From Lama glama (lineage: Eukaryota), in NCBI GenBank assembly GCA_028534125.1, contig CM052841.1:26598001-26662000 (forward strand): a stretch of DNA of 64,000 bases. Reading direction: 5' to 3'. Position numbers and translations under genes: made by a program. This document shows, piece by piece, positions 1 to 12,150 of this stretch (positions are counted from its first letter, which is position 1; each line of letters starts with the position of its first letter). Under the pieces are notes generated by a model. That model saw nothing but the letters and a program-made list of their open reading frames with translations. It made no database searches and was not told the origin of the DNA.

Positions 1-135
1 GGGAATTTTTGGGGTGATGGAATTGTCTGTATCTTGGCTGTGGTGGTGATGAACAAATAAACACTTGTCAAAACTCATGAAACTACAAACCTATGTAATA
101 TGTGAAAATTATACCTTTATAGACCTGACTTTAAA
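1..135 (+). mobile_element. Old L1 (L1MC/L1MD-like) 3' UTR fragment
   Basis: ggggtgatggaattgtctgtatcttggctgtggtggtg...tgtcaaaactcatgaaact resembles the L1M 3' UTR terminus. Confidence 0.7.
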
Positions 136-466
136 CAAGTATCTATTGAGAAGACAATTTTTCAATAATTTTGACTACAAAAATAAGACTGTAAAATTTA
201 AAACTGCCCCAATTTCTCAAGCAGGTTAGAAATAATGTTTGCACACAAACGGTGCGACCCACAGAAATGTCAGCACACAGAACAGGTTAGGCTATTGCTG
301 CTCTATGCTCATGACAATGCTTCCTTCCAGGACCTCTGCTGACACCCGGTGATTAACCTACTTTCCCTTTGTGCACTTAATTGAAAGATCATTTCCATCT
401 AAGATACACTGCAATCAACTCTAGCTTTTCCTCACTTGCATGAATTAGTGGTGTTTGAGTCTAGGC

Positions 467-734
467 CAGAGGTTGGCAGACTTTTCCTATAAAGGGCCAG
501 ATGGTGAATTTTGCAACTACCCACCAAGGCAGCCATAGAAAATAGTAAATGAATGAGTAGCTGTGTTCTCAGACTTTACAGACACTGACCATTGAATTTC
601 ACGTAATTTTCATGTGTCAGGCAAAAATATTCTTCTTCTTTCCATTCTTCACAATCATTCAAAAATGTAAAAACTATTCTTAATTCCAGAGCTGCATAAA
701 AACAAGAAGTGGGCCATGGTTTATCAACCACTGA
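467..734 (+). mobile_element. MER58B (hAT-Charlie)
   Basis: cagaggttggcagacttttcctataaagggccagatggtgaat start, ttgaatttcacgtaattttcatgtgtca core, ggtttatcaaccactg end. Confidence 0.8.
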
Positions 735-897
735 CCTAGGCTATTAGTGATAATTGTAAGGGCTTCTTCCTTGTGAGTCTTTCGTGTATTATAAACTCCC
801 GTCTGTTAAGGCTGTCCATCCTAAGTGCCACTGTTTTCAAGTCCCAGAACTGTGCCTCCCACACAGAACTTCTTAGATTGCTGTCTCTAAATACAGA

Positions 898-1433
898 AGA
901 AGATAAAAGGTGAGGAGTCTCTGGAAATAGATGGACCATGAAAAAGAAATTCTGCCTGCAGTAAAAGGAAGAAGAAAAACACTGGATCTACACCTTTCCA
1001 ACCAAGGTTTTTCAGGTTTCCAAACCGAAAGTGCCTGGGAAACCAACTTCAAGCAACTTGACTTGCCCCTGCTCACCGCAGTAAGAGGTTAATGTCACCT
1101 ATTTGTGTAATGAACTACTGATATTAATATTCTTGCAAAAAGTGGTTAGACTGACTATAACTTATGAACTTCTGTATTTTTAGATACACAGATGACTTAT
1201 TCTTTTTTTCTGTTCCATCTTAGGACAGGAATGGGGCACATTNNNNNNNNNNNNNNNNNNNNNNNNNNNNNNNNNNNNNNNNNNNNNNNNNNNNNNNNNN
1301 NNNNNNNNNNNNNNNNNNNNNNNNNNNNNNNNNNNNNNNNNNNNNNNNNNNNNNNNNNNNNNNNNNNNNNNNNNNNNNNNNNNNNNNNNNNNNNNNNNNN
1401 NNNNNNNNNNNNNNNNNNNNNNGAGCTTGCAAG
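898..1433 (+). other. Candidate pair of + strand exons (about 898-1080 and 1224-1433, the second mostly in a gap)
   Basis: Donor gca|gtaaga at 1080/1081; acceptor tctttttttctgttccatcttag at 1223; donor aag|gtaaga at 1433/1434; no recognised product. Confidence 0.3.
1243..1422. other. Assembly gap
   Basis: Run of N. Confidence 1.
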
Positions 1434-2689
1434 GTAAGAATGATCAGGAGCACTTGCTCACAACAAATAAAGAAGAAACCCAATCCTCTCACCCTGGACA
1501 GACACTGCCCAGCTGAATTCCTTTCATTTATGGGCAGTAGAAGTCATATTTTAAGAGACTCTAATCAGGTATTTATCCCAAACATTAGCAGCAGTACATT
1601 CGCTTTATTTGCTAAATAGAAAATGGGTAAATCTGGCATCCAAATCAGTCACCACTTTGCCTGCACAGCCCAAGGTCACTTGGGTCACCCTGATGGGGGA
1701 GGAGAGGGACAAGGCAAGGGACAAGATCTGCTTTTCCAGCAGCACGATGCCCAGCCTAACGTTCTGACAGAGTCTCTCGAATCTTTTGCACATTTCTTTC
1801 TACAGAATAGGATGGTGGAACCATATGCTCCTTGTTTTCCTGAAAGATGTTTGGATTTTTTTTTTTTTAAGAGAGAGATGGGTCTGGAAGCCTAGATCTA
1901 GGTAGAGTCAGAGATGGGAATTATCTTCATATTTCTACCAGTTGAAAGAATCTCCAAGGGTCTCCTGCATTGCCAGTATATATTTTATAGGCCCTGGGTA
2001 GACACCTGTTTTCAATCGCACCTTGAGATCAGAGGAGCCCTCTAGGAGCGGACTGCGAGCACAGGCCTGGCCTAGAGCAAAAGGAACAGTTGGCTGCCCA
2101 GGGAAGTCTTTTCTGTTTGCTTTGGAAATGATTTCTGAGCCACGTGTGGGAGAAAGGCCGGCCCCGGCTCTCGCTTACATCATGTGTGTGGAACTCGAGT
2201 CTCGCCATAGGAATGCTGTAGAGGCAGACATTTGTTTAAGCCACTGGTCAGCCAGGGTCTTCCTCATTGCAAATGGATTTGGGCTCGTAAACTACGGAAG
2301 ATTAGTTTTAAGCCCTCATGGTAGAGCTTGCTGAGCAGACTCCAGGTGACATGAAAGGCAGAGGAGGGGCAGCAGGCCCAGCCCCACACCCTGTTCCAGA
2401 TGTCTGGACTCAGAACCCAAGGTGTAGAGATGGATGTCCAGGGCAGCTGGGTCATGAAGATGTAGCCAGGGCAGGTTCCGCCTGAAAGTGGCCACGTGTA
2501 ACACACCTCCCCCCACAACCCCACCAAAATCACTGGAAAACAAAAACCTTTCGTCTCTAGGTATAGATGGGATTGTCATTAAGGAGCCGGGCCACCTCCT
2601 CTTGTGGGAATCTGACCTCCAAGGACACGCTGAAAAGCTCCTTAGCCACCAAGTCTTTTAGGGAATAGGATTTAGGATTCTGATTCCCA

Positions 2690-2850
2690 GGCTTAAAGAA
2701 ACCTCAGTTCATATCTCACCTTGACCATTTCCTAGGTCTGTGACCAAGGATGAGTCAATTTCATGATCTCTAAACCAGCACACAAATGGTAATGGCTTAC
2801 TGAGGACATTCCACAAATGTGAAGTCCTATGGTGCAGTTGGAGCTATTAG
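2690..2850 (+). mobile_element. MIR SINE fragment
   Basis: cctcagttcatatctcaccttgaccatttcctaggtctgtgaccaaggatgagtca, degenerate MIR core. Confidence 0.55.
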
Positions 2851-3512
2851 ATTTCCTGATGCCAACTAGGTATTAGCCAAAGTTGGACTTTGTGTCCTCA
2901 CGTGATGCACCCCCTTGTGGGGTTACCCAACCTCCTTCCCACCTTCCAAGCTTTCCCATTACCAAACCCTGGACTTGACTCTCTCTACTCCCCCGAGCCA
3001 GACACAGCTTCTCACCCTCAGTGCCAAACAGCAAAGACTCACATAAACCTGTTCTGTCCAAGTCTGAGAATAAATGAATAGAACGTTTGTAGGAGACCAC
3101 GAGAACACCTTAAACTCAGACAAGTCAAGGACAAAACATAACCAGGGACTAACTTTGAGAGTCGTCAAGACAGGGAGACACGTTAATGCTAAAAACTTAT
3201 GAACGAGTCTATCTTCAACACACCCAGGCCTTCATCTTATAATTCTTTCGAGATCAAGAGGAGGGCTGTACAGTCAACCAGAGGCGGTATCAGAGGGGCT
3301 GGTGGCTGAGGTGGCTGCTGCTCTGACATCCAAAATCCCAATGTTACTGCAGCAATGACTGCCCTGTCCCCTTCGCTCTGCCCTACTATTCAAGGTGTTT
3401 CAGAACACACTTTAGGCTGTGGGATACTGTAGGCAATTCTTCCTTCCGCGTCCCTCCTCCTCTCCCCTCATTTCTCTTCTCATCTCCCACCAAGGAAGAT
3501 GAGTACCAGAGT

Positions 3513-3847
3513 CTGGGACAGACTGAACTTGTGTCCCCCTACAAAGTCCTATGTTGAAAACTAACCCCCAATGTGATGGCATTCAGAGGTGGGCCTTTGG
3601 GAGGTGACTAGGTCATGAAGGTGGAGCCCTCATGAATGGGTTTAGTGCTCTTATAAAAGAAGCCTCAGCAAGAGCACAGTTAAAAGACAGCTGTCTATGA
3701 ACCAGAAAGTGCAGCCTCCCCAGACTGAATCCGCCAGCACCTTGACCTTGGACTTCCCCTCCAGGACTGCAAGAAATAAATCTCTGTGGTTTATAAGCCA
3801 CCCAGTCTGTGGTGTTTCTGTTACAGCAGCCTGAAAGCACAGAGACA
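3513..3847 (+). mobile_element. MLT1A-type MaLR solo LTR
   Basis: atgttgaaaactaacccccaatgtgatggcattcagaggtgggcctttgggaggtg...gaaataaatctctgtggtttataagccacccagtctgtgg. Confidence 0.85.
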
Positions 3848-4246
3848 GGATGCAAACGGCAAGGGCCACTAGCGTTAGTATCTGCCCCTTCTGCCCGAGC
3901 TTCCCCTGTATTCTTCTTGGCAAGACTTTTGTTTTTCCAAAAGAGTAAGCTCCATGCCTGGAGGCTCAGTTAACTGGGCCACGGCTCAGAGTGAGATGTG
4001 TAATTTGGTTTTCATTGACACCCATGTTAAAGTGTTGCTTAATGAGAGCATGACACCCACCCGATGTACATTCCTGTTCACAAAGGGTTTCACACACGCA
4101 TCCCCCGCTGTTTTCCTTCCTATTATCAACAGTTCATAAGCATGTAATCCCACTCAACTTTTTAAAAAAATAAGTTATTTTGCCTCCATTTGATCTGTCA
4201 TCATGGAGTTGTTTTCCTTCTCCCACACCGAAGCCTACCGAGTCAA

Positions 4247-4302
4247 TCTGTCTGTCTGTCTGTCTCTCTCTCTCACACACACACAAACACACCCACACAC
4301 AC
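4247..4302. repeat. Compound microsatellite (TCTG)n(TC)n(CA)n
   Basis: Directly visible. Confidence 0.95.
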
Positions 4303-5955
4303 TTCAATGTGGGCCTGCCCTTCAAAAGCCAAAAACAACAAGATCAAAAAGCCATAGGTGGAGCAGATGTCAAGTGGTCCCCCTGGACTCCTACTTAACC
4401 CCTTCCAGAGATCTGGCTGGAAACTGACAAGGAATTGATTTGGTGAGGAAAGCAGAAGGCTTGGTAAACATGACCCCACTCTTCTTATAAATCTCCGAAA
4501 CAAAGGACAGTGCAATGATTCCACACAACGGCCATCTGCTCCCAGGGAAACAGACACGACTGCTTTTCAAAGGAAATTTTAACTGTGAATGTACTTTGCT
4601 AATTGGGGTTGTTTATGACCCAACGTAATGAAATTCAATGTTGAAAACTGGAAGCATTTTACTTGTTTTGTTTCCTTAGACCTTCCTCTCTCTCTACTCT
4701 AGAACTGCTACCAAAAACCAGGTGTGGGAAATGTCTGAGCAGAAGTTAAGTATCCGGGGCCTTTTATCTACCTGACAGAGATATATGGGGAATTTTAAGA
4801 CCTAGTGATTACACATGGGCAGGAAATTAGCATGAAGGAACTTTTCCATATCTTACCCCTAAACACAGTATGCATCACTAATTTATCATATTAGACTGGG
4901 GCCATGTTGTGTTGACCTGCAACTCTTTCATACAGAGAAAAAAAGTTGCAAACCATTCTGAAAGGCCTCAAAGGCATCTTCTCAAATTGCAGCTCTTTCC
5001 AAAACTGAGGGAATATTACCCAAGTTGTATATACACGATAAGATGAAAACGGAAATTTTCCAAGGGAGCTTGGTTAGAACAAACTTATAAAATATTGACA
5101 GTAACCAGAATGATCAAGTTATTTTCCTGTAATCAGATAACTTTTGACTTCAGTTGAGCGGCCACTTGGTGAAGGAGCAACTATGTTTGCAAATCAAACA
5201 TAGATTGCAACGTAGCATTCAACAAATTTCCAACTCCCTGAACCGAAGTTCTGCCGTCATTAAATAACCCTCAAAGACGCAAACAACTTCCTTGCTTTAA
5301 AAAAAAAAAAAAAAACTAGCGAAAGTTGCCTTCCATATGGCTTTAAATTCATGCTCTTTTTAATCAAAAGCATTTGATGGTCATTAATTACATGTTTGTC
5401 AGAAACTCTAGGCTGTTTCAAACACTGTTCTTTGAAATGGAGTATCACATTCAAGTGTACTGCCAGTTGACGGAGGGTTTTACTGCACTTTTACTTCACC
5501 TTTTCCCCAGTGTCAAGCGATTCGGGTTGCATATCAGCTGACAAGCATCAGCAATGGAGAGTCTATGGAGGATGATAGACAGTGAGGTTTGTAACTTTCC
5601 AAGATGTGGGTTGCCATATTTCAGGGCACAGGCCCCAGTGACAGGTCTGCTTTCATTTACTCGTGCATGACTCCTTTGGTCCCAGGGCTCAGTTATGGAG
5701 TTTGACATCTCCCAAGGGGCTCCAGAAAGCCATACCCAAGCAAAAACGTGCCAAATGACAACCTAATCATAACCAGGAGATGTGGCATAGCATGGTGGGC
5801 CACCGTGGGCACCCCATTCCTAAAATCCAGTCTGCTGCCACTATTGTTTGCAGGAGGCAAAAAGTTAGCCTGCAGGAGCAGTCCTGACAAGCAGCAGCCA
5901 CAAAGATCCGGGTTCCAAGTGTAACAAAACAGAAGAACCAACTACACATTAGGCG

Positions 5956-6464
5956 TGTAACAGGGAAGAACAAATCTGACTCCATATTGGATCTCTTTCT
6001 TTGACTTTAATTTTGTCTTCTATTGCTCTGGTTACAAGGTAATCACTAAAGGGATGGTGCCTACAGTTTACAGCATAGATAATGGCCCATCTCCAGGAAT
6101 GCTGCCTCCAATGCCTGAGCTTAAGATAAAATACCTTTGTTTAGCTCACAGGAAACATCCCGACCAAGCCCACATGTGAATGGCTGCAGGAAAGAAGAAA
6201 TTAACTCCTCCAGAGACTGGCTGAGACCAGGAAATATTTGCAACAACTTATCGCCTTTTTTACTTTACCTTCTCCCCTCCCCCTCTTTGCTCTATAAAAG
6301 AAACTGGCCTCCAAACCCATGCAAGATGGTTCTTAGGGACAGTAGTCCACCATGTTCCTGGACTGCTGGCTTTCCAAATCAAGCCACTCTTCCTTGCCCC
6401 AACAGCTTGTCTCTCGATTTATTGGCCTGTCGTGCGGCGAGCAGTATGAGCTTGGACTCAGTAA
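5956..6464 (+). mobile_element. ERV1-type solo LTR
   Basis: Starts TGTAAC, contains gactccat motif and TATAAAA at about 6293, ends gagcttggactcagtaa; about 510 bp. Confidence 0.7.
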
Positions 6465-6570
6465 TTGGAAAACTACAAGGGAACTAGAGTCCTAGGTTCT
6501 GCCCTTACCAGCCCAATTCGGGTTGGGCCAGTATCTGCTTCTACCTTGGATTGCTTTGTGTAACACAGTA

Positions 6571-6620
6571 GGCATGGCTGCTGACGATGGCATGGCTCCC
6601 GACAATGGCATGGTTCCCTG
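6571..6620. repeat. 18-bp tandem repeat, about 2.7 copies (ggcatggctcccgacaat-like)
   Basis: Units start at 6571, 6589 and 6607. Confidence 0.85.
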
Positions 6621-7289
6621 CATCCTCCATCCTCTGTGCCTTTGCTCATGGTCACTCTTCCTCCTGGTATCTCCCCCACAGCTCCCTAGAGCTTCCTGCT
6701 ATAACCCAACCCATATTTCAAGGTCCCAGTTCAAACCTTCTCTCTCCCAAGAGCTTTCTTAAAATCACTCAGAAATCATCTGGAGTCTTTCTCTGTAGAG
6801 AAGTTATCCTCCAGATATATACAAGTTCCTGACACTTACATTCTCCTGTTTCACTATAGGCAAAATATCCCCATTCTGCCTCACTAGAGCCAAAACACAC
6901 AACTCAGTCTAGGGCAATGTATTCATATTAAACTTTTTAGACATTTAAACTTTTTAGCAGTTCTTAGGGAGGAATTACATTGAGAAGCATGCAACCTTGC
7001 ATTACCTCCTGGCTCCAGGTCAAGTTCTCCCTCCATTCCTCTTACAACCAAAAAAATTTTGTCCTGAGTAGGGCAATTCATTCAAAACACTTGGGATCTC
7101 AGCTTCCCCTTACCATGATGTCAAGAAATTTCTTTTGAAAAAGTAACAGCACTCACCCTGAAAAAAAAAATCCTCTAAAAACCATTATCAGTTGTTGCCT
7201 TCATAATTAATACCCCTCCCAACCCCCCAGGTTGTACACCTGCATGCTGTTGATTCTTCTGTAATAATTTATCATCTATTTTGTATGTG

Positions 7290-7425
7290 AGCTTTTTATA
7301 TATGTCTTATTCTTCCATTATTTTGGAGGTTTTTCAAAAGCACAAACCGTGCATATTCACTTTTGTATTCCCCTCAAGTACCTAGCACATTGCTTTGCCC
7401 ATATAACACTCTCAATTTCTAGAAT
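7290..7425 (+). mobile_element. L2 3' end
   Basis: attcacttttgtattcccctcaagtacctagcacattgctttgcccatataacactctcaa resembles the L2 tail. Confidence 0.65.
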
Positions 7426-7431
7426 TATATC

Positions 7432-7728
7432 TGAAAAAGAGTGAAACAATCATTCTTGCATGGACAGAAATCAAGAGCATTATGTTAAATAAGTCAGACA
7501 GAGAAAGAAATATCTCATAATCTCACTACATACAATTGTTTTAAAGAAAAACAAGCTCATAGATACAGAGAACAGACTGGTTGTTGCCAGAAGTGAGAGG
7601 ATAAGAGGAGGTGAATGAAATGGATAAAGCGGGTCAAAAGGTATAAACTTCCAATCACAAAATAAGTCATGGGGATATAACGCACAGTATGGTGGCTAGT
7701 CACTGATACCGTACTGCATCTTTGAACG
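7432..7728 (+). mobile_element. L1 (L1MA-like) ORF2-end/3' UTR fragment lacking its own tail
   Basis: ataagtcagacagagaaaga...aagctcatagatacagagaacagactggttgttgccaga...aaataagtcatggggatataa. Confidence 0.85.
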
Positions 7729-8098
7729 TTTGCTGGGAAACAAGTGGAAAATGGACGTACTGTGGCTACAACCTTCAAAAAGAGTCCACCCTTCATCTTG
7801 TGTTGTGACTTCATGGTGATACCAAAAAAAAAAGATGAAGTAGAACTCTTACACCACTACTCCCAAAAAGAATAAGCTTAACAGCAAGGAGAGCAGGCTG
7901 GCTGTCCTGAAATACTGTAAGGTGGACGAGGATGGCAACATCAGTCTCCTTTGCTGGAAGTCCCCTTCAGATGAATGTGCTGCTGCAGTTTTTAGGGTCA
8001 GCCACTTCAGCAGACATCACTGTGGCAAATGCTGTCTGAGCTATGGTGTCGACAACCCAGAAAGCAAGTAATTGTATAATAAAAGACATGAACTGAAA
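7729..8098 (+). pseudogene. RPS27A: Processed pseudogene of ubiquitin-ribosomal protein S27a fusion, 5'-truncated
   Basis: Translates with frameshifts and stops to [76 protein letters not shown]; intronless; stop at 8069-8071; AATAAA at 8078. Confidence 0.96.
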
Positions 8099-8109
8099 AC
8101 AATGTCAAT

Positions 8110-8405
8110 CTTCACACTTAGCAACACTTTCCTGTGCCTGAATGATAAAATCCACACTTGACTGTTTAAGCTGACCACAGCATGGCTCCAGCCTACCTAT
8201 CCCATTAGCCCCTTACATAAATCCCCTGCTGTCCCCATATAACCTCATCATTGAGCCCCAGGCACATGTTCTTCCCACCTTCATTTAGTGCTCATTCTCC
8301 TCCCATCTGATATGCAGCTCTGTTTCCTCTTTACCCTGTCTAAATTCTTCCCATCTATCAAATTCAGGTTAGAGTCCCACTTCCTCCATGAAACATTTCC
8401 AAAGC
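8110..8405 (+). mobile_element. L2 fragment
   Basis: gataaaatccacacttg...tggctccagcctacct...ttcaggttagagtcccacttcctccatgaaacatttcc. Confidence 0.6.
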
Positions 8406-8532
8406 ACACCAATATACGTGTTATCAGTAGCCAGACATGGGAAGACCAAGACGAAGACCAAGAGGGGATCTCTAGATCTACTAAAGGAACAAGTCAACAC
8501 GAAAAGGAAAAAAAAAAAAAAAAACCTGCCCA

Positions 8533-8802
8533 GACATAGTAAACAATCTTATGGTTACCAGGGGAAAGGGGGTGGGAAGGGATAAATCTGGGAGTTTGAG
8601 ATTTGCAAAGGTTAACCACTATATATAAAAACAGATTAAAAATAAATTTCTTCTGCATAGTACAGGGAACTATACTCAGCATCTTGTAATAACCCTTAAT
8701 GAAAAAGAATATGAAAATGAATATATGTATATATATGCATGACTGGGACATTATGCTGTATATCAGAAATTGACACTTTGTAACTGACTATATACTTCAA
8801 TT
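8533..8802 (+). mobile_element. Young artiodactyl-type L1 3' end with 16-bp TSD
   Basis: atggttaccaggggaaagggggtgggaagggataaat...; TSD aaaaaaaacctgccca at 8517-8532 and 8803-8818. Confidence 0.92.
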
Positions 8803-9174
8803 AAAAAAAACCTGCCCAATATAAATTTTCTAGTAATCTATGTCCTGCTCTGCAACTTGACTGTTCATTTTCTTCTATCAGTTTTCTCCGACTGCTCCCT
8901 AAATTTGGGGCCTTTTCAATTGCTTTCTCTGGTTATGAATATCCTTATTTGCTTTCTAAGTACTCAACTTCTGCCCCTAATCTCTGCTCTCTGGTCTGCA
9001 CACCAGCCTAAAATCAGACTTTCCCAATCCAATAGTAACAGTTCACATAGAACCAGATATCTGACCCATATGTTACCACCATATATTATGGGAAAATCCA
9101 CAGGTTTTAGCCATTATCTTAACCAGATTATAAATTCTTTGAAGGTAGCTCTTACCATATGCCTCCCTCCCAGT

Positions 9175-9345
9175 TTAATAGTAATAGCATATAAAACATT
9201 TAGTTCTTGCTATGTCCCTGATTCCATGCCAAGAGCTTTCTAGTCACTATCCATTGAATTCCCACAGAAAATCTTCACAATGCTGTTTTATCTTTGTTTT
9301 CTGTATGAAATAAAAAACTGAAGTCCAAGAAAAAACAATGCTAGT
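9175..9345 (-). mobile_element. MIR fragment
   Basis: taatagcatataaaacatttagttcttgctatgtccctgattccatgccaagagcttt...aaaactgaagtccaaga. Confidence 0.55.
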
Positions 9346-11166
9346 AAGATATTTATATCTAGTTAATAGACATGTGCTATGAAATTAAAAAGAAATAGCA
9401 TATATTTTTTTCTTTCAGGTTCTCCAGGACTGTATATGCAACCCTCTAAGTTATTTCTTCTTATTAATTTTATAAAGTTATCAGAGTGCTAGAAGCAGCG
9501 GTATTAATCTCACTTCGAATTTTCAAATGAAACAGGGAACTTTACTGAAATGTCCTAAGTCCTAAAACATAAGAAAAACCTAACAAGTCTTTGTAAATCA
9601 TACATATTGTTTAAGATTCCATTACTACAGTAAGAGTTTTTCCTTGCCATTGAAAATGAAGAAGGCAAGTTTATGAGAAAGTACATTCTCTTTTTCTAGT
9701 TAATAGTCCTCTGATTGTTGACCCAAAAAAAGTTAGTTTCCAGACCTGTACTTCACCCCACATAAATATCGCACGAGCTGAAGTCACAACATTGTGGTGC
9801 CAGAAAGAAACATTACAGAAGTATGCAGTATTTATCAGGTTGACTTCCTGGCAAAGCTAGCCCAAATATCTGTTTGATAAGAAAGTGATAGCTTTCAGCA
9901 ATGAAAATGCAATCTGGTTTGTGAAGCCAGGTAACTCCTTCCCTAGACAGAACTGAACTGCCTCCCTACCTACAATACTAGTACCTTTGGCAAATCACGG
10001 TCATCTTATGTTTGGGAAATAGCATTTTTTGGTCCAACATGAAACTTGAGATAATTGAGGGGTGAGGGGACAATGCTATAGCCAACCAGTCCAATGGAAT
10101 CAACGACAGTGACCATCACAGCCCCATGGTGACACTGGCCTTCACTTGCTGTTGATTATACAGTATTCATTAGTGCTGCCAGAGGGGCTATTGTTTCCAT
10201 ATGAGTTCACTTAAGATGACGATTTCTTCCAGGTACTTCGAGAAATGATGCCAGTAAATCCTGGAAAATATCACTATCATGTTATTATAACAAAGACCAA
10301 CAAAAAAGTTCCAGAATCAAAGGTGAACAGCAGTTCCAAAGGATGCACAGTCCTGGCCTACTACATTGCCCCAGGGCATTCCCTTCCAGAATGTAAGATA
10401 CATGAGCTTAGTGTTCACGTGACAGCTGGAGACACTGAGTCATATCTGGAGGGACAAACTCAGACCTGACCTAGGATGTAACTATAATGCTCTTCATACT
10501 CAGGAGGAGGGGTGAGGGGAATATGTAAAATCTGAAGGAAATTCTATCAAGAAAAAAATAAGTTATATTCTGTCCTCTAAGTTCTCATTAAGTCAAAGCT
10601 CACCAAGTCCACTTATTAATATGTAAATTTAAATTCAGTTTAAGTAATTTAATTGTACAGTAATTAATGTACAGTGAACCAGTGAGCTCAGTCTTATGGA
10701 TAAGTAAGCTGTATCCTGGTCTCTCCTCACCTAAAGAACCTGTATTCATAATACAGGAACCAAATTTACCCTAGCAAAGCAAATCAGTATTTCAATCATC
10801 TTCTCAATGTGTGAAACCACCAATGTGATCACCCAGTAGTCAATTAGAGTTGATCATAATGTTACACAAAAGACAAAAAAAACTGTCAACATTTGCCTTT
10901 TGTTACACCCTGCATGTCCTTACTATGAAAGAATGACAAAATCTACTTCCTCAGGGTGGCACTGAGCTAGTTAGTAGTGGCAGAGGTATGTACAAGGCAC
11001 TTCTTATCTATGATAATGAATGTTTCAAAGAACAAAAATTATATAAATTGGAGAGTTGGCATCAGTGGGTTAAATTCCCGCCAGATGGAGAGAGAGTCTG
11101 GATACGTGTTACTTCAAATTCAGATTTACTTATTTCAAAGAACTTCTCTAGCTGGTATGTTGTGAA

Positions 11167-11360
11167 TAGAGTGACCAGCTCTTTCCAGTTTTCCTGGGAC
11201 TGCCTTTGTTTTATCCCTGAAAGTCCCACATATGCTGGGCTTCCAGTTGAAGTGCCAAGTTTGATCCAGTTTGTCTGATAGTATGTCAGTTTTAAAACTG
11301 AAAGCCGCACCTCCCAGAAACCCCATCGGTCCTAGGAAGATCAGGATGGATGGTCAAGCG
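11167..11360 (+). mobile_element. MER94-like (hAT-Blackjack) element, apparently composite
   Basis: tagagtgaccagct...cctgggactg...ctgaaagtcccacat, then a second ctgaaagccgcacctcccagaaacccc...gatggtca. Confidence 0.7.
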
Positions 11361-11459
11361 AGTCACAACACAAAAAATAAAAATATGTTATAGACTTTCA
11401 TTTGATCCATCTTGAAAATCTGTGCTTTCCTGGTAGACTTATAAGCATGCATAGACAAT

Positions 11460-12150
11460 AATAGCACTGGGCAAACAGAACATACAACAGACACACTAGC
11501 AGTCATTTATTTGTGTAATCTTCACAATAAACTTGTAAAGATAGGCAACATAGTTTCCTCATTTTGCAGATGAGAAAACAGGGGGGCAGACAAGTAACTT
11601 TCTCAGTCAAGTTATTCCTTAGGAAGTAAGCTAGACGAAATACATTGACTCAAAGATAAGAGTTCTATTTCCTCTCAGTTAACAACAGAGAGATAGGCAG
11701 GAGGACTAGGATCAGTGAGCAGCTGTTTCATGTGATCATTCAGAGACCCAGGCTCCTCCTACATTATTGCTCCACCATCTTCTACATTACAGTCCTCACT
11801 GGCCTAGTGGGAGTTGGAACCTCAGTGTTATAACCATAAGAATGAGTACAGAAAAGTCATGAAGGGCTGGTGATTTCCTTTAAGGAGGTGATGCTATTTC
11901 ACATATCACTTCCGCTCACTTTCCTTTGGGAGAACTTAGTTATTGGCCCACATCTAAATTCAAAGCAATTGGGAAATTGAATCTCAACCTTGAGCAATGT
12001 GTCCCATCCTTCTATTTTCAAAAGAAGGCAGGGGAAATGCATACTTGGGTTCAATTAGATGTCTCCAGCGATTAAATAGCTGGTGTTTGGAAACGCTAGG
12101 ATCAGAATCCAATCCGTCTGATTGTAAAGATCACACTTTTTCCCTCATGC
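11460..12150 (-). mobile_element. MIR interrupted by an old MLT1 (J/K-like) LTR at about 11660-12066
   Basis: MIR cattttgcagatgagaaaac; MLT1 cattcagagacccaggctcctcctac...catatcacttccgctcactttcctttgg. Confidence 0.65.

Noticed and set aside
5200-5562. Novel selenoprotein terminal exon (minus strand TLHC-UGA-CLSADMQPESLDTGEKVK*) with a downstream SECIS-like ATGA...TGAA hairpin
   Set aside because: Helix II is out of register with the GA quartet, the apical AA is absent, and the peptide resembles no known selenoprotein
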